A stretch of DNA of 64,000 nt from Octopus sinensis (GCF_006345805.1 NC_043001.1:134602001-134666000); one strand, 5' to 3'; positions 1 to 11,626 are shown, counted from the stretch's first letter. Numbers and translations: made by a program. Notes: generated by a model not told the origin, from the sequence alone.

Positions 1-671
1 AATTAATAAGCTACAATAAATCTATTTTTCTATTTATTCATTGTTTCTGTTATATTTATTTATTTATTTACTTTATATTTCCAGATAAATTTACTGCTTC
101 AGTTGTTTTAGCTTCTTTTTTGCACCAAAGCAGTCAACATTCCATTCGTCATTCCATCACAGAAAATAACAAGACAGAACAATCCAAAAATACCAAGAAC
201 TAAAGTTGCGGCTTGTAGCACATGAAAGAGAAGAGGATTACAAAACTATTGCAGGAATTCCAATCAATATTTTCCGATCAATAAAAATGCTAAACATTTT
301 TGCATGCGTGTGTGTGTGTAATTTTTTTTTCCGTTTAATATTAAATTGATAATTTAATATTGAATTACAAATTTCTATTGTTATTTTTGCATTCCGTAGT
401 AGAATTCTGTTTCTGTCTCCAGACAAAAGACACAATAATAAACGTTTGATAATTAAGAATAAAAATGAATTTGTTCATTATTTTCATTTAAAGAGTATAA
501 TCACATATTGTGTAAAATATACAATATAATTGATATGATTTTATGTTTATATATATACATACATATATATATGTATGTATATATGTGTGTATATATTTGC
601 ATGTATATATATTTGTGTGTGTCTGTGTGTGTATATATAGGCATATAAATATATACACACATATACATATA

Positions 672-1422
672 CAAGTGCCACACCCTGGCAGTTGAGGGGA
701 CCTGTGGAAGAGGTAGACCCAGGAAAACCTGGGTCGAGGTGGTGAAGCACGACCTTTGAACTTTAGGTCTCACCAAGGAAATGACCAGAGACCGAGACCT
801 TTGGAAGTATGCTGTGCGTGAGAAAACCCGGCAAGACCAGTGAGAACAGTCAAAATCAAAATCAAACCAAATCAATTCATATATCAGAAAGCAGAACCAA
901 ATTGAGGTCGATCAACATCAGTGGGAATTGCAGCTGTGGTTAAGCGAACCATCCGATCGTGGTCGTTGCCGGCGCCGCCCCGTCTAGCCTCCGTGTCGGT
1001 GGCATGTAAAAGCACCATCCGTTCGTGTCTGTTGCCAGCCTCGCCTGGCCCCCGTGCAGGTGACACGTAAAAGCACCATCCGTTCATGGCCGTTTGCCAG
1101 CTCTGTCTGGCCCCCATGTTGGTGGCACGTAAAAGCACCATCTGTTCGTATCCGTTGCCAGCCTCGCCTGGCCCCCGTGCCGGTGACACGTAAAAGCACC
1201 ATCCGTTCGTGGCCGTTTGCCAGCTCTGTCTGGCACCTGTGCGGGTGGCACGTAAACAAGCACTACACTCGGAGTGGTTGGCGTTAGGAGGGATCCAGCC
1301 GTAGAAACACTGCCAGATCTGACTGGGCCTGATGAAGCCTTCCAGCTTCACAGACCCCAGTTGAACCGTCCAACCCATGCTAGCATGGAAAACAGACGCT
1401 AAATGATGATGATGATGATGAT
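672..1422 (+). mobile_element. 5'-truncated RTE-clade LINE: ORF2 C-terminus plus long 3'UTR with ~62-bp tandem repeats and (ATG)n tail
   Basis: 672-843 translates to KCHTLAVEGTCGRGRPRKTWVEVVKHDL*TLGLTKEMTRDRDLWKYAVREKTRQDQ* (RTE C-terminal GRGRP..TW / DR..W pattern); then (AAATC)n, four 61/62-bp units (1001-1255), and 3' end ...CATGCTAGCATGGAAAACAGACGCTAA(ATG)n. Confidence 0.8.
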
Positions 1423-1429
1423 ACATATA

Positions 1430-1792
1430 GGCGCAGGAGTGGCTGTGTGGTAAGTAGCGTGCTAACCAACCACATGGTTCCGGGTTCAGTCCCACTGTGT
1501 GGCATCTTGGGCAAGTGTCTTCTGCTATAGCCCTGGGCCAACCAATGCCTTGTGGGTGGATTTGGTAGACGGAAACTGAAAGAAGCCCATCGTATATATG
1601 TATATATATGTGTGTGTGTGTGTTTGTTTGTCTGTGTTTGTCCCCCTAGCATTGCTTGACAACCGATGCTGGTGTGTTTACGTCCCCATCACTTAGCGGT
1701 TCGGCAAAAAGAGACTGATAGAATAAGTACTGGGCTTTCAAAAATTAAGTCCCGGGGTCGATTTGCTCGACTAAAGGCGGTGCTCCAGCACG
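1430..1792 (+). mobile_element. SINE family A (tRNA-derived head, internal TA/TG microsatellite), 3'-truncated
   Basis: Head GGCGCAGGAGTGGCTGTGTGGTAAGT (A-box-like) ... GGTTCAGTCCC (B-box-like); near-identical copies recur more than 12 times in the window. Confidence 0.85.
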
Positions 1793-1823
1793 CGGTCACA
1801 TTTTGAATATATATATGAGTGTT

Positions 1824-1857
<34 letters not shown>

Positions 1858-2545
1858 TATATATATGTGTGTGTGTGTGTGTACGTATATATATGTATGT
1901 GTATATATATGTATATATATATAGACTTGTTAGAGAATTACTTTATGCTGACTGATGGTGATTTGTTGACACACTCAGAGGGGGACATGCAACATTTAAT
2001 GGACAGATTTTCCACTGCATGTGTACATTTCAGATTCACAATTAGTTTGGGAAAAACCAAAGTAATCTTTACTCCCGTGCCAGGACAAACATATTCTGAA
2101 CGAAACATTTTTGTGAATGGAACAAGGTTAGAAGTTGTTGACTCCTTTGTTTACCTAGGAAGCACTCTGTCAAGAGATGGTAGTCTTGGTGCAGAGATAT
2201 ACTATCGAATAGGGAAGAGAAGTGTTGCATTGGCAAAGTTCGAAATGCGAGTTCGGGCAGAAAGAGGTATTTCCCTGCAGAGAAAAATCAGTCTCTATAA
2301 AGTGTGTGCATTAGCTTCACTTCTTTATTCAAGTGAGACATGGACCACTTACAAGCGTCACATAAGAATGCTGAAGAGATTTCATCAAAAGTGCCTCAGA
2401 CATATCTTAGGAGTCAAGTGGGAATGTTTCATACCAGATATACAGGTCAGCTCAGTTGAACAACATGTTGTCTTGATTTAAATGAGATGGACTGGACATG
2501 TTATTAGAATGAATGATGAGCATTTGCCAAAGCATCATTTTTATA

Positions 2546-2772
2546 CATCTCTTTACTACCCACAAGGGGCTAAACACAGAGGGGACAAACAAGAACAGAC
2601 AAAGGAATTAAGTCGATTACATCGACCCCAGTGCGAAACTGGTACTTTATTTATCGACCCCGAAAGGATGAAAGGCAAAGTCGACCTTGGCGGAATTTGA
2701 ACTCAGAACATAGCTACAGATGAAATACCGTTATGCATTTCGCCCGGCGTGCTAACGTTTCTGCCAGCTCGC
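2546..2772 (-). mobile_element. SINE family D, full length, inserted in the RTE LINE
   Basis: 13-bp TSD CATCATTTTTATA (2533-2545 / 2773-2785); minus-strand B-box-like GAGTTCAAATTCC; core GCCTTTCATCCTTTCGGGGTCGATAAA. Confidence 0.85.
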
Positions 2773-3039
2773 CATCATTTTTATAGCGAGCTCAGCTCTA
2801 GTAAGCGACCACAACATAAGCCGAGGAAAAGGTATAAAAACTGTGTGATGGAAAACCTGAAGAAACTAGGTATGAACAAAAGTGATTAAGAAAACGATGC
2901 TCTAGATCGAACAAGTGGAAGGGTGCTGTTAGAACTGGTTGCCATGCCTGGAAGGAAATGATGATTCAACACTCTGAACTTAAAAGGACCTGTTGTAAAG
3001 GAACGATTAGAACTGTAATCAATAGTGAGCATTGAGTAT

Positions 3040-3419
3040 GGAAGCACTCCGTCGGTTCCGACGACGAGGGTTCCGGTTGATCCGATCAACGGAACAGCCT
3101 GCTCGTGAAATTAACGTGTAAGTGGCTGAGCACTCCACTGACACGTGTACCCTTAACGTAGTTCTCGGGGATATTCAGCGTGACACAGAGAGTGACAAGG
3201 CCGGCCCTTTGAAATACAGGTACAACAGGAACAGGAAGTAAGAGTGAGAGAAAGTTGTGGTGAAAGAGTACAGCAGGGATCACCACCATCCCCTGCCGGA
3301 GCCTCGTGGAGCTTTAGGTGTTTTCGCTCAATAAACACTCACAACGCCCGGTCTGGGAATCGAAACCGTGATCCTACGACTGCAAGTCCACTGCCCTAAC
3401 CACAGGGCCATTGCGCCTC
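3040..3419 (-). mobile_element. SINE family B, full length
   Basis: TSD (C)ATTGAGTAT (3030-3039 / 3420-3429); tRNA-like head GAGGCGCAATGGCCC.GTGGTTAGGGCAG...GGTTTCGATTCC on minus; four other copies in the window. Confidence 0.85.
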
Positions 3420-3821
3420 CATTGAGTATATATTATATGTGATCATGTTCTGTTGTCAAAAGCAGATATGTGAACCATATGAAGTCACATGACAATCGTA
3501 ATGCCCAACTAGGTAATGATCTTGGACACCAGCCACCTCTTACAACTCGTGCCATATGTCAAAAAGCTTGTAAGACAATATCTGGACTTAAAAGACATAT
3601 GCAAGTTCACAAAAACATTCCTTCAGAATCAGATTCCAAAGGGCAAAGATATAGAAGAAGCTTAAATAGGATCTGACATTTGTGTTTTAAACCTTGTCAG
3701 TCAGCAGGTGGTATTAAGAGTCATCTAAGGTCTCATCAACGGAAGGATTGTACTGTATGATGGGGTGTGGTGTGTGTGTTGATGGGGCGGCTATCATCTC
3801 TCAAGATGACGCAATCATCAT

Positions 3822-4234
3822 ATGTATACATATATATGTATGTGTGTATTTAAATATATATGTATGTATTATGTCTATATAATATATATAGTATATATAT
3901 ATATATATGTATGTATAGATATATATATGTATGTATAGTATATAATGTTGTATATATATATAGTATGTATATATATATATAATATGTATGTATATATATA
4001 TATATATATATGTATGTATATATAGATATGTATGTAGATATATATATTATATATATATGTATGTATATATATATATATATATGTATGTATATATATATAT
4101 ATGTATGTATATAGATATGTATATGTATATATATATTATATATATATGTATGTAATATATATATATATATATGTATGTATATATATATATATATGTATGT
4201 ATATATATATATATGTATGTATATATATAGTATG

Positions 4235-4274
<40 letters not shown>

Positions 4275-4306
4275 TATGTATGTATATATATATATATATA
4301 TGTATG

Positions 4307-4337
<31 letters not shown>

Positions 4338-4438
4338 ATATATTATGTATGTATATATATATATATATATGTATGCATTATAAATATATATATGTATGTA
4401 TATTATATATATTGATGTATATATATATATATTGTATG

Positions 4439-4469
<31 letters not shown>

Positions 4470-4520
4470 ATAATATATATATATATGTATGTATATATAT
4501 ATATTATATATATATATGTA
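3822..4520. repeat. ~700-bp compound (TA)n/(TATG)n microsatellite
   Basis: Direct reading; source of the Y/I-rich pseudo-ORFs. Confidence 0.95.
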
Positions 4521-4559
4521 GTTAAAGTTAATCCAAACAAGAAAACACAGAAAAAAAGA

Positions 4560-4745
4560 GAAAAAAAAAAGGGAAAAAAACACAGCAACGCAGGACGTGG
4601 AACAATTAAAGTATTATTGACGCTCAGGGAAGGAGGGTTTAACGTTTCGAGCGGAGCTCTTTGTCGGAAACAAGGAGAAGGAAAGATCCCAAGGAGGGAA
4701 GACAGAGGAGAAAATATTTGAGCTGGTGGTGCTTAAGAGATCACA
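4560..4745 (-). mobile_element. Penelope/retrozyme-like fragment with degenerate minimal hammerhead (family H2)
   Basis: Homologous to 61325-61530; minus strand 4671-4637 reads GTTT-CCGACAA-A-GAGC TCC GCTC-GAAAC-GTT-AAAC. Confidence 0.55.
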
Positions 4746-4859
4746 TATGTATATACATATATATATGTATAGATATGAATATATGTATAAGTATGTATAT
4801 ATACATATGTATATGTATGTGTGTATATATGGATATATAGATGTATGTATTTATTTATT

Positions 4860-5065
4860 TATTTATTAAAAAGCAAAGCAAAAATATCACAAAAACTGTT
4901 GCTCAGAGTTTCACGTTCCCGTTCATCAGATAGTTTTGTTTAGAACAGAGCAAGAAATACAATTACTTTGATAGAGACACATTTGAAAATGGCTTTGTTT
5001 CATTGGTCCTTTCGTCTAACGGTCTTTTCAATGACTGCTTGCATGAAATTACAATTGTGGTAAGA
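4860..5065 (-). mobile_element. Penelope/retrozyme-like fragment carrying a hammerhead motif (family H1)
   Basis: Minus 4937-4891: AAAACTAT-CTGATGA-ACG GGAA CGT-GAAA-CTC T GAG-CA-ACAGTTTT; flanks homologous to 7765-8475. Confidence 0.65.
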
Positions 5066-5920
5066 TATATCCGTTTAAAAAACTTTCCCACTAAAATGCA
5101 TATACATTTAGCAGTATATACATACCAAACAGCCTATCATATACGTATATATACAAAACATACAGGCATTGGTACATGTCTACACACATATACAAAGATA
5201 TATAGGCAAAACATAAATATATACAAATGCAAATACATATATACATGCACCCACCCACGCGCATAAAACCTCCTGGTGTATGTCTATAAAATTTTAGATA
5301 TTACAGGTGAAAGAAAAGGAAAAAATATCAGATAATAAAAAGTGTTGGGAGAAAGAAAAAAAGGAAAAGAAGAAAAAGAAATGAAAAATTAGAGAGAGAA
5401 GGGGAAAAATAGAAGTAGAGAGAGTGCAAGACGCATATCTACATAAATACAAACATACATACAAATACACACACATATAGACACACGTACACATATACAC
5501 ATAAATACATTCGCAAATACATATCCACATGATATATATATATATATACATACATACATACATACATACATACATACATAAACACATACCTACAATACAT
5601 ACACATATATATAGAGATAGACATATCTTCATATCAAGATAAATATATATTGCATTGTATATACATTTAAGAAAAAATACTGGTATATATAATATTAAAA
5701 TGTAAAAATGAGGAAATTGCACAATAAATTAATATAACATAATTAAAAGCATGAGTAAACAATGAAAATAAACCTGAGCAAATCTTAATCTTAAATTTGT
5801 AAAACAGTTGAAGGCTTTCTTAAAAGTCAGATGTAAATATAAACAGTAAAGCTGAAATATATACTGTCATTGTATTACAAAAATAACTACAAGGTGTAAA
5901 GTCAAATTCAAATGTGACAG

Positions 5921-6328
5921 GGCGCAGGAGTGGCTGTGTGGTAAGTAGCTTGCTAACCAACCACATGATTCCGGGTTCAGTCCCACTGCGTGACATCTTG
6001 GGCAAGTGTCTTCTGCTATAGCCCCGGGCCGACCAATGCCTTGTGAGTGGATTTGGTAGACGGAAACTGAAAGAAGCCTGTCATATATATGTATATATAT
6101 ATATGTATGAGTGTGTATGTGTTTGTGTTTGTTTGTCTCCCTAGCATTGCTTGACAACCGATGCTGGTGTGTTTACATCCCCGTCACTTAGCAGTTCGGC
6201 AAAAGAGACCGATAGAATAAGTACTGGGCTTACAAAAATAAGTCCCGGGGTCAATTTGCTCGACTAAAGGCGGTGCTCCAGCATGGCCGCAGTCAAATGA
6301 CTGAAACAAGTAAAAGAGTAAAGAGAGT
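5921..6328 (+). mobile_element. SINE family A, full length
   Basis: Complete head, body and (GAGTAAAA)n-like tail. Confidence 0.9.
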
Positions 6329-6389
6329 CAAAATTTTCCAAAAGTCAAACTATTTTACCCATATGGTATTTTATCAGTTAACATTTTAA

Positions 6390-6613
6390 CCCTTTCGTTA
6401 CCAACCCGGCTGAAACCGGCTCTGGCTCTGAATACAAATGTCTTGTTTTCAAAAGTCCTGAATTAAAATCTTCCACTAAACCTTCCTTAGTCACAATTTA
6501 TGTTCCTAACACCAGCTTAATGATAACTAAGTTATTTTACTAAATTCTTTGTTTTATTTAAAGTAATTGAAAGAAACACAGAGCATCTCAAAATAAATAC
6601 GGTAACAAAAGGG
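6390..6613 (+). mobile_element. piggyBac-type MITE (family P1, 224 bp)
   Basis: TTAA on both sides; TIR CCCTTTCGTTAC ... GTAACAAAAGGG; inverted copies at 41527-41747 and 45571-45754. Confidence 0.85.
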
Positions 6614-6616
6614 TTA

Positions 6617-6996
6617 AACCTCGCAGTGTGCCTGCAGGAATTTAAGAGCTCATGTCTCTGGTTCAAAAGCATGTTTATCCTGGAACGGGATGAACAACTT
6701 CTCTGAGAGGTAAAGTTTACATTTCATGGGTTTTTTTTATAAGCTCCATGTCTGTATGATAATGCTTTTTCTAAAAATTTCCAGGTTGTATTGAAAAGGC
6801 AGGTGTTATTCTCTTTCAATTCCCAGACATGCTTTGCAAGACTAGTTCTTAGGGTATCGGAATGAATTTCGGAGGAATAAAACCAAGTCTTGAATGAATT
6901 TTCTGAAGCCTCTGTGTAAGTTTTATATTCTTGTGAACCATCTACTTGCATTTTAGCTCTATAAACTATTCTTTTTTCAAGACATTTACTTTCCAC
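6617..6996 (-). mobile_element. Penelope-like element GIY-YIG endonuclease C-terminal relic
   Basis: ORF 6724-6996 CLEKRIVYRA...TYTEASENSFKT...TSLAKHVWELKE...WKFLEKA; then KCKLYLSEKLFI and, after a frameshift, LNQRHELLNSCRH, the typical PLE C-terminus. Confidence 0.75.
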
Positions 6997-7255
6997 CAGA
7001 CAGCAAGTCTTTTCTTTGGTGTTGCAGTTCCTTAGATTAGATTCAGCACTGTGGTTGTTTGTAATAATTTTGTGTTATGCTGATTAATAAAAAAAGGCAG
7101 AGATTTTGCAACAAGAATAGCTAACCTTCAATGTTCTCCTATTAAAAATGCTATAGAACTTATGGCTAGATTGAAAATGTTTAGAAAGTAAATTTAAGAA
7201 TTACATGTATTTGCATTTCTATATATTTATGTTTTGCCTATATATATATCTATAT

Positions 7256-7668
7256 ATACTCTTTACTCTTTTACTTGTTTCAGTCATTTGACTGCGGCCA
7301 TGCTGGAGCACCGCCTTTAGTTGAGCAAATCGGCCCCGGGACTTATTCTTTGTAAGCCCAGTACTTATTCTATTGGTCTCTTTTGCCGAACCGCTAAGTG
7401 ACGGGGACGTAAACACACCAGCATCGGTTGTCAAGCAATGCTAGGGGGACAAACACAGACACACAAACATATACACACACACTTATATATATATATACAT
7501 ATATATGACAGGCTTCTTTCAGTTTCCGTCTACCAAATCCACTCACAAGGCATTGGTCGGCCCGGGGTTATAGCAGAAGACACTTGCCCAAGATGCCACG
7601 CAGTGGGACCGAACCCGGAACCATGTGGTTGGTTAGCAAGCTACTTACCACACAGCCACTCCTGCGCC
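7256..7668 (-). mobile_element. SINE family A
   Basis: Reverse complement of the full family A consensus. Confidence 0.9.
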
Positions 7669-7764
7669 TATGTATGTAACCATGTATCAATGCCTGTATG
7701 TTTTGTGTATATACGTATATTATAGGTTGTCTTTGATTTTTATAATAATTTGATTTTAAACCGC

Positions 7765-8035
7765 AATTGTAATTTCATGCAACCAGTTATTGAAAAAACC
7801 ATTAGTTGAAAGAACCATTACTCTTACTCTCTTTTAGTTGTTTCAGTCATTTGACTGCGGCCATGCTGGAGCACCGCCTTTAGTCGAGCAAATCGACCCC
7901 GGGACTTATTCTTTGTAAGCCCAGTACTTATTCTATCGGTCTCTTTTGCCGAACCGCTAAGTGACGGGGACGTAAACACACTAGCATCGGTTGTCAAGCA
8001 ATGCTAGGGGGACAAACACAGACACACAAACATAT

Positions 8036-8086
<51 letters not shown>

Positions 8087-8475
8087 TACGACAGGCTTCT
8101 TTCAGTTTCCGTCTACCAAATCCACTCACAAGGCTTTGGTCGGCCCGAGGCTATAGCAGAAGACACTTGCCCAAGATGCCACGCAGTGGGACTGAACCCA
8201 GAACCATGTGGTTGGTAGGCAAGCTACTTACCACACAGCCACTCCTGCGCCATTGAAAAAAAAAAAACAATTTTCAAATGTGTATCTACAAAGTAATTGT
8301 ATTTCTGCATATAACTCTATCTTACTCCATTCTAAGCAAAAATGTCTGACAAACGGGAACATGAAACTCTGAGTAATAGTTTTTGTGATATTTTTTCTGT
8401 TTTTTAATAAAGCATATTACTCTATCTCTGGTATTTGAGTACTATTTTTTCCACCTTGTTTCACATTTATGTACT
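7765..8475 (+). mobile_element. Family H1 element (hammerhead at 8338-8384) interrupted by a SINE A
   Basis: Sequence either side of the SINE aligns to the reverse complement of 4860-5065; CCATT duplicated at the SINE ends. Confidence 0.6.
7820..8251 (-). mobile_element. SINE family A
   Basis: Full-length reverse copy. Confidence 0.9.
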
Positions 8476-8500
8476 TACTCTGTTGTATATATATGTATGT

Positions 8501-9346
8501 ATCATCATCATCATCATCATCATTTAGCGTCCGTTTTCCATGCTAGCATGGGTTGGACGGTTCAACTGGGGTCTGGGGAGCCCGAAGGCTGCACCAGGCC
8601 AGTCAGATCTGGCAGTGTTTCTACAGCTGGATGCCCTTCCTAACGCCAACCACTCCGAGAGTGTAGTGGGTGATTTTATGTGCCACCGACACAGGTGCCA
8701 GACGAGGCTGGCGAACGGCCACGCTCGGATGGTGTTTTTATGTGCCACCGACACAGGTGCCAGACGAGGCTGGCAGACGGCCACGCTCGGATGGTGTTTT
8801 TATGTGCCACCGACACAGGTGCCAGATGAGGCTGGCAGACGGCCACGATCGGATGGTGTTTGTTACGTCCCCAAAGCACGGAGGCCGTCCATGCTACTGG
8901 CTACGGCCACGTTCGGATGATTTTTGGTACCACAAAGATACAAATTCCATTGATGTTCATCTATTTTGATTTGTTTTGATTTTCACTTGCCTCAACAGGT
9001 CTTCACAAGTGTCACAAGAAGGAAGGTATGCACAGGTGGACTGACTACGTCCCAGGTAGGGGCCACGGGTATGGCCTGACTAGTCTTGCCGGGTCTTCGG
9101 AAGGTGTTTTTATGTGCCACCGACACAGGTGCAGATGAGGCTGGCGAACGGCCACGATCGGATGGTGTTTGTTACGTGCCCACAGCACGGAGGCCAGTCG
9201 ATGCGGTACTGGCTACGGCCACGTTCGGATGGTTTTCTTGTGTGCCACCGGCACTGGTACCACAAAGATACAAATTCCATTGATGTTCATCTATTTTGAT
9301 TTGATTTTGATTTGATTTTGATTTTCACTTGCCTCAACAGGTCTTC

Positions 9347-9347
<1 letters not shown>
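8501..9347 (-). mobile_element. RTE 3'UTR element (minisatellite type) with an internal duplication
   Basis: (CAT)n tail at 8501; ~63-bp units; ORF-end motif GAAGACCCGGCAAGAC on minus near 9085-9100; 9101-9347 repeats ~8790-9003. Confidence 0.8.
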
Positions 9348-9382
<35 letters not shown>

Positions 9383-9388
9383 ATATAT

Positions 9389-9436
<48 letters not shown>

Positions 9437-9454
9437 TATTATATATATATATAT

Positions 9455-9603
9455 ATACTCTTTACTCTTTTACTCTTTTACTTGTTTCAGTCATTTGACT
9501 GCGGCCATGCTGGAGCACTGCCTTTAGTCGAGGAAATCGACCCTGGGACTTATTCTTTGTAAGTCCAGGACTTATTCTATCGGTCTCCTTTGCCGAACCG
9601 CCA
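9455..9603 (-). mobile_element. SINE family A, 3' fragment
   Basis: Tail and 3' body only. Confidence 0.8.
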
Positions 9604-9677
9604 AATATATATATATGTAAATATAAATATATGAGTGTGTGTGTGTAAAAAAATTTATAGATATCTATATCTATCTA

Positions 9678-9719
<42 letters not shown>

Positions 9720-9723
<4 letters not shown>

Positions 9724-9895
9724 GATGGTGCATAATTATTGCAGCTTTTTTTCAACAAATTTTATTCAACGAAAACAATATCAACATGTAACAAAAACAT
9801 CTTTAAATGATTATTCCGGAGCATATTCACCATCAACTTCTATTACTGCTTTTCATTTGCTTAGCAGACAGTCAGACCGTCATTGAAAGATGTTT
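9720..9895 (-). mobile_element. Mariner 3'-end relic (TIR plus transposase C-terminus)
   Basis: TTGGGATGGTGCATAATTATTGCAGC resembles mariner TIRs, next to TA; minus strand encodes LLSK*KAVIEVDGEYAPE* (mariner W..V...GEY tail). Confidence 0.65.
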
Positions 9896-9925
9896 TTGTT
9901 AAATATATGTGTGTGTGTGTGTGTG

Positions 9926-9957
<32 letters not shown>

Positions 9958-9967
9958 GTGTGTGTGT

Positions 9968-10012
<45 letters not shown>

Positions 10013-10063
10013 TGGTGAGAGAGTTGGTGTGTGAAAGCATGTGGTTGGATGTATAAAAGAGAG

Positions 10064-10377
10064 GGAAAAAACTACAGAAAACTTGTGTTATATGATTAAA
10101 AAATATATTTAAATTATCATGTTGGAAAAATGTTACAAAATTTTGTGTGTAGTGACGTTTTTGGAGAAATAACCGGTTTCATATTTTCTTTTCAAATTTC
10201 TAGCAAAGACATGACACAATATCAGTAAAGAAATATGAGAAATTTGAAAAGAAAATACAAAACCGGTTATTTCTCCCTAAACAATATCACTACGTACAAA
10301 ATTTTATAACATTTTTCTAACATGACGATTTAAATATATACTTTAATTATATAACACAAGTCTTCTGTAGATTTTTC
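10064..10377. repeat. Imperfect palindrome, ~135-bp arms
   Basis: 10064-10200 is the reverse complement of ~10238-10377; one arm recurs at ~11240-11300. Confidence 0.8.
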
Positions 10378-10526
10378 GCTATATTTTGTCTTTTATGAAT
10401 ATATATATATAACAAACGAAAGACAGATGGAATATACGAGAATATATTATTAATCACAACAATTGTTTCAACACATCAAGCATCGACTCCTCTTGTGGGA
10501 CACAAAAACTGGTGCAGACATATCTT

Positions 10527-10885
10527 GTCTCTCTTTACTCTTTTACTCTTTTAATTGTTTCAGTCATTTGACTGCGGCCATGCTGGAGCACCGCCTTTAG
10601 TCGAGCAAATCAACCCCGGGACTTTATTCTTTGTAAGCCCAGTACTTATTCTATCGGTCTCTTTTGCCGAACCACTAAGTGACGGGGACGTAAACACACC
10701 AGCATCGGTTGTCAAGCAATGCTAGGGTGACAAACACAGACACACACACACACATATATATATACGATGGGCTTCTTTCAGTTTCCGTCTACCAAATCCA
10801 CTCACAAGGCATTGGTCGGCCCGGGGCTATAGCAGAAGACACTTGCCCAAGATGCCACGCAGTGGGACTGAACCCAGAACCATGT
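10527..10885 (-). mobile_element. SINE family A, 5'-truncated
   Basis: Reverse copy lacking the first ~30 nt. Confidence 0.85.
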
Positions 10886-11477
10886 GGTTGGTTAGCAAGC
10901 TACGATAAATGTATAAAAAAAACTTGTTAAAATGACTGTTCCATAATTCAACTTTCCGTTTTGTAGAGAGAAAAATAGCCAGACGGAGGAAAATTCTTCA
11001 TATATATATATAGAAAATCCAAAAATATAATTGCAGAAGACAAAAAGAGAAACAAACACTTAATCTAGTGAGAAAAGTATTGAAAATAACCGTTAAAAGA
11101 TACATATGTATAAACACCCTCGGGCAAGCTGCAGGCGCGAGTACACACGCTCATACAAGCATTAGCAAAAATGTGAACATACACACATGGGAGGTTAGGC
11201 ACACTCATGATTACTAAGCAAGTAAGATATTTAGGAGGTTGTGCTATATGATTAAAGTATATATTTAAATAGTCTTGTTAGAAAAATGTTATAAATATAA
11301 TATGTAATGTAGGTGTAAAAAGGTTGAATGTAGATTCATCCTTTAACTTGGAGGTTTCCAGAAAAGATTTCTCGTGTTGATTTTTCATATTTTGCAGATA
11401 CTTTACAGACGTAAATTTACGAAGATATGAAAGTAATACTTGTATATGATGTATAGTGAATTTATGAAAAGAAATCT

Positions 11478-11626
11478 TGGCATTAGGAAGGGCATCCAGC
11501 TGTAGAAACATTGCCAGATAAGACCAGAGCCTGGTGCAGCCTCCTGGCTTCCCAGATCCCCGGTCGAACCGTCCAACCCATGCTAGCATGGGGAACGGAC
11601 GTTAAACGATGATGATGATGATGATG
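11478..11626 (+). mobile_element. RTE 3' tail fragment
   Basis: ...CATGCTAGCATGGGGAACGGACGTTAAAC(GAT)n. Confidence 0.8.

Larger units (their letters stand above)
1926..3825 (+). mobile_element. Decayed RTE-clade LINE ORF2 (RT C-terminal half plus C2H2-like fingers), interrupted by two SINEs
   Basis: ORF 1819-2481 has KTKV, VDSFVYLGSTLS, LLYSSETWT, RFHQKCLRHILG; continues MRWTGHVIRM..LPK; resumes after the SINE at 2786 (KPRKRYKNCV); 3470-3676 has CQKACKTISGLKRHMQVH. Confidence 0.85.

Noticed and set aside
85-203. Possible terminal exon on plus (acceptor TTTATATTTCCAG, frame KFTASVVLASFLHQ...KN*), or a hydrophobic frame on minus
   Set aside because: Both strands give equally plausible short frames and no recognisable domain; no upstream context in the window.
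984-1259. CRISPR-like or protein-repeat appearance of the ~62-bp arrays (also 8670-8860, 60560-60870)
   Set aside because: No unique spacers, no cas genes, eukaryotic context; the units are tandem repeats within a LINE UTR.
4047-4588. Long Y/I/M/C-rich ORFs (also at 24.8-25.5 kb, 56.0-56.5 kb, 61.1 kb and elsewhere)
   Set aside because: Translations of TA/TG/CA microsatellites, which lack stop codons in some frames; not genes.
8540-8969. Recurrent ORFs such as MLAWVG..., MSSNARGTN..., MFIERKHLKLHEAP...
   Set aside because: Read-throughs of the RTE 3'UTR and SINE A/B consensus; they recur only because the repeats recur.
10440-10510. Minus-strand GAAACAATTGT motif resembling another hammerhead
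   Set aside because: The core (AAGAGGA) and stem II are too degenerate to support.
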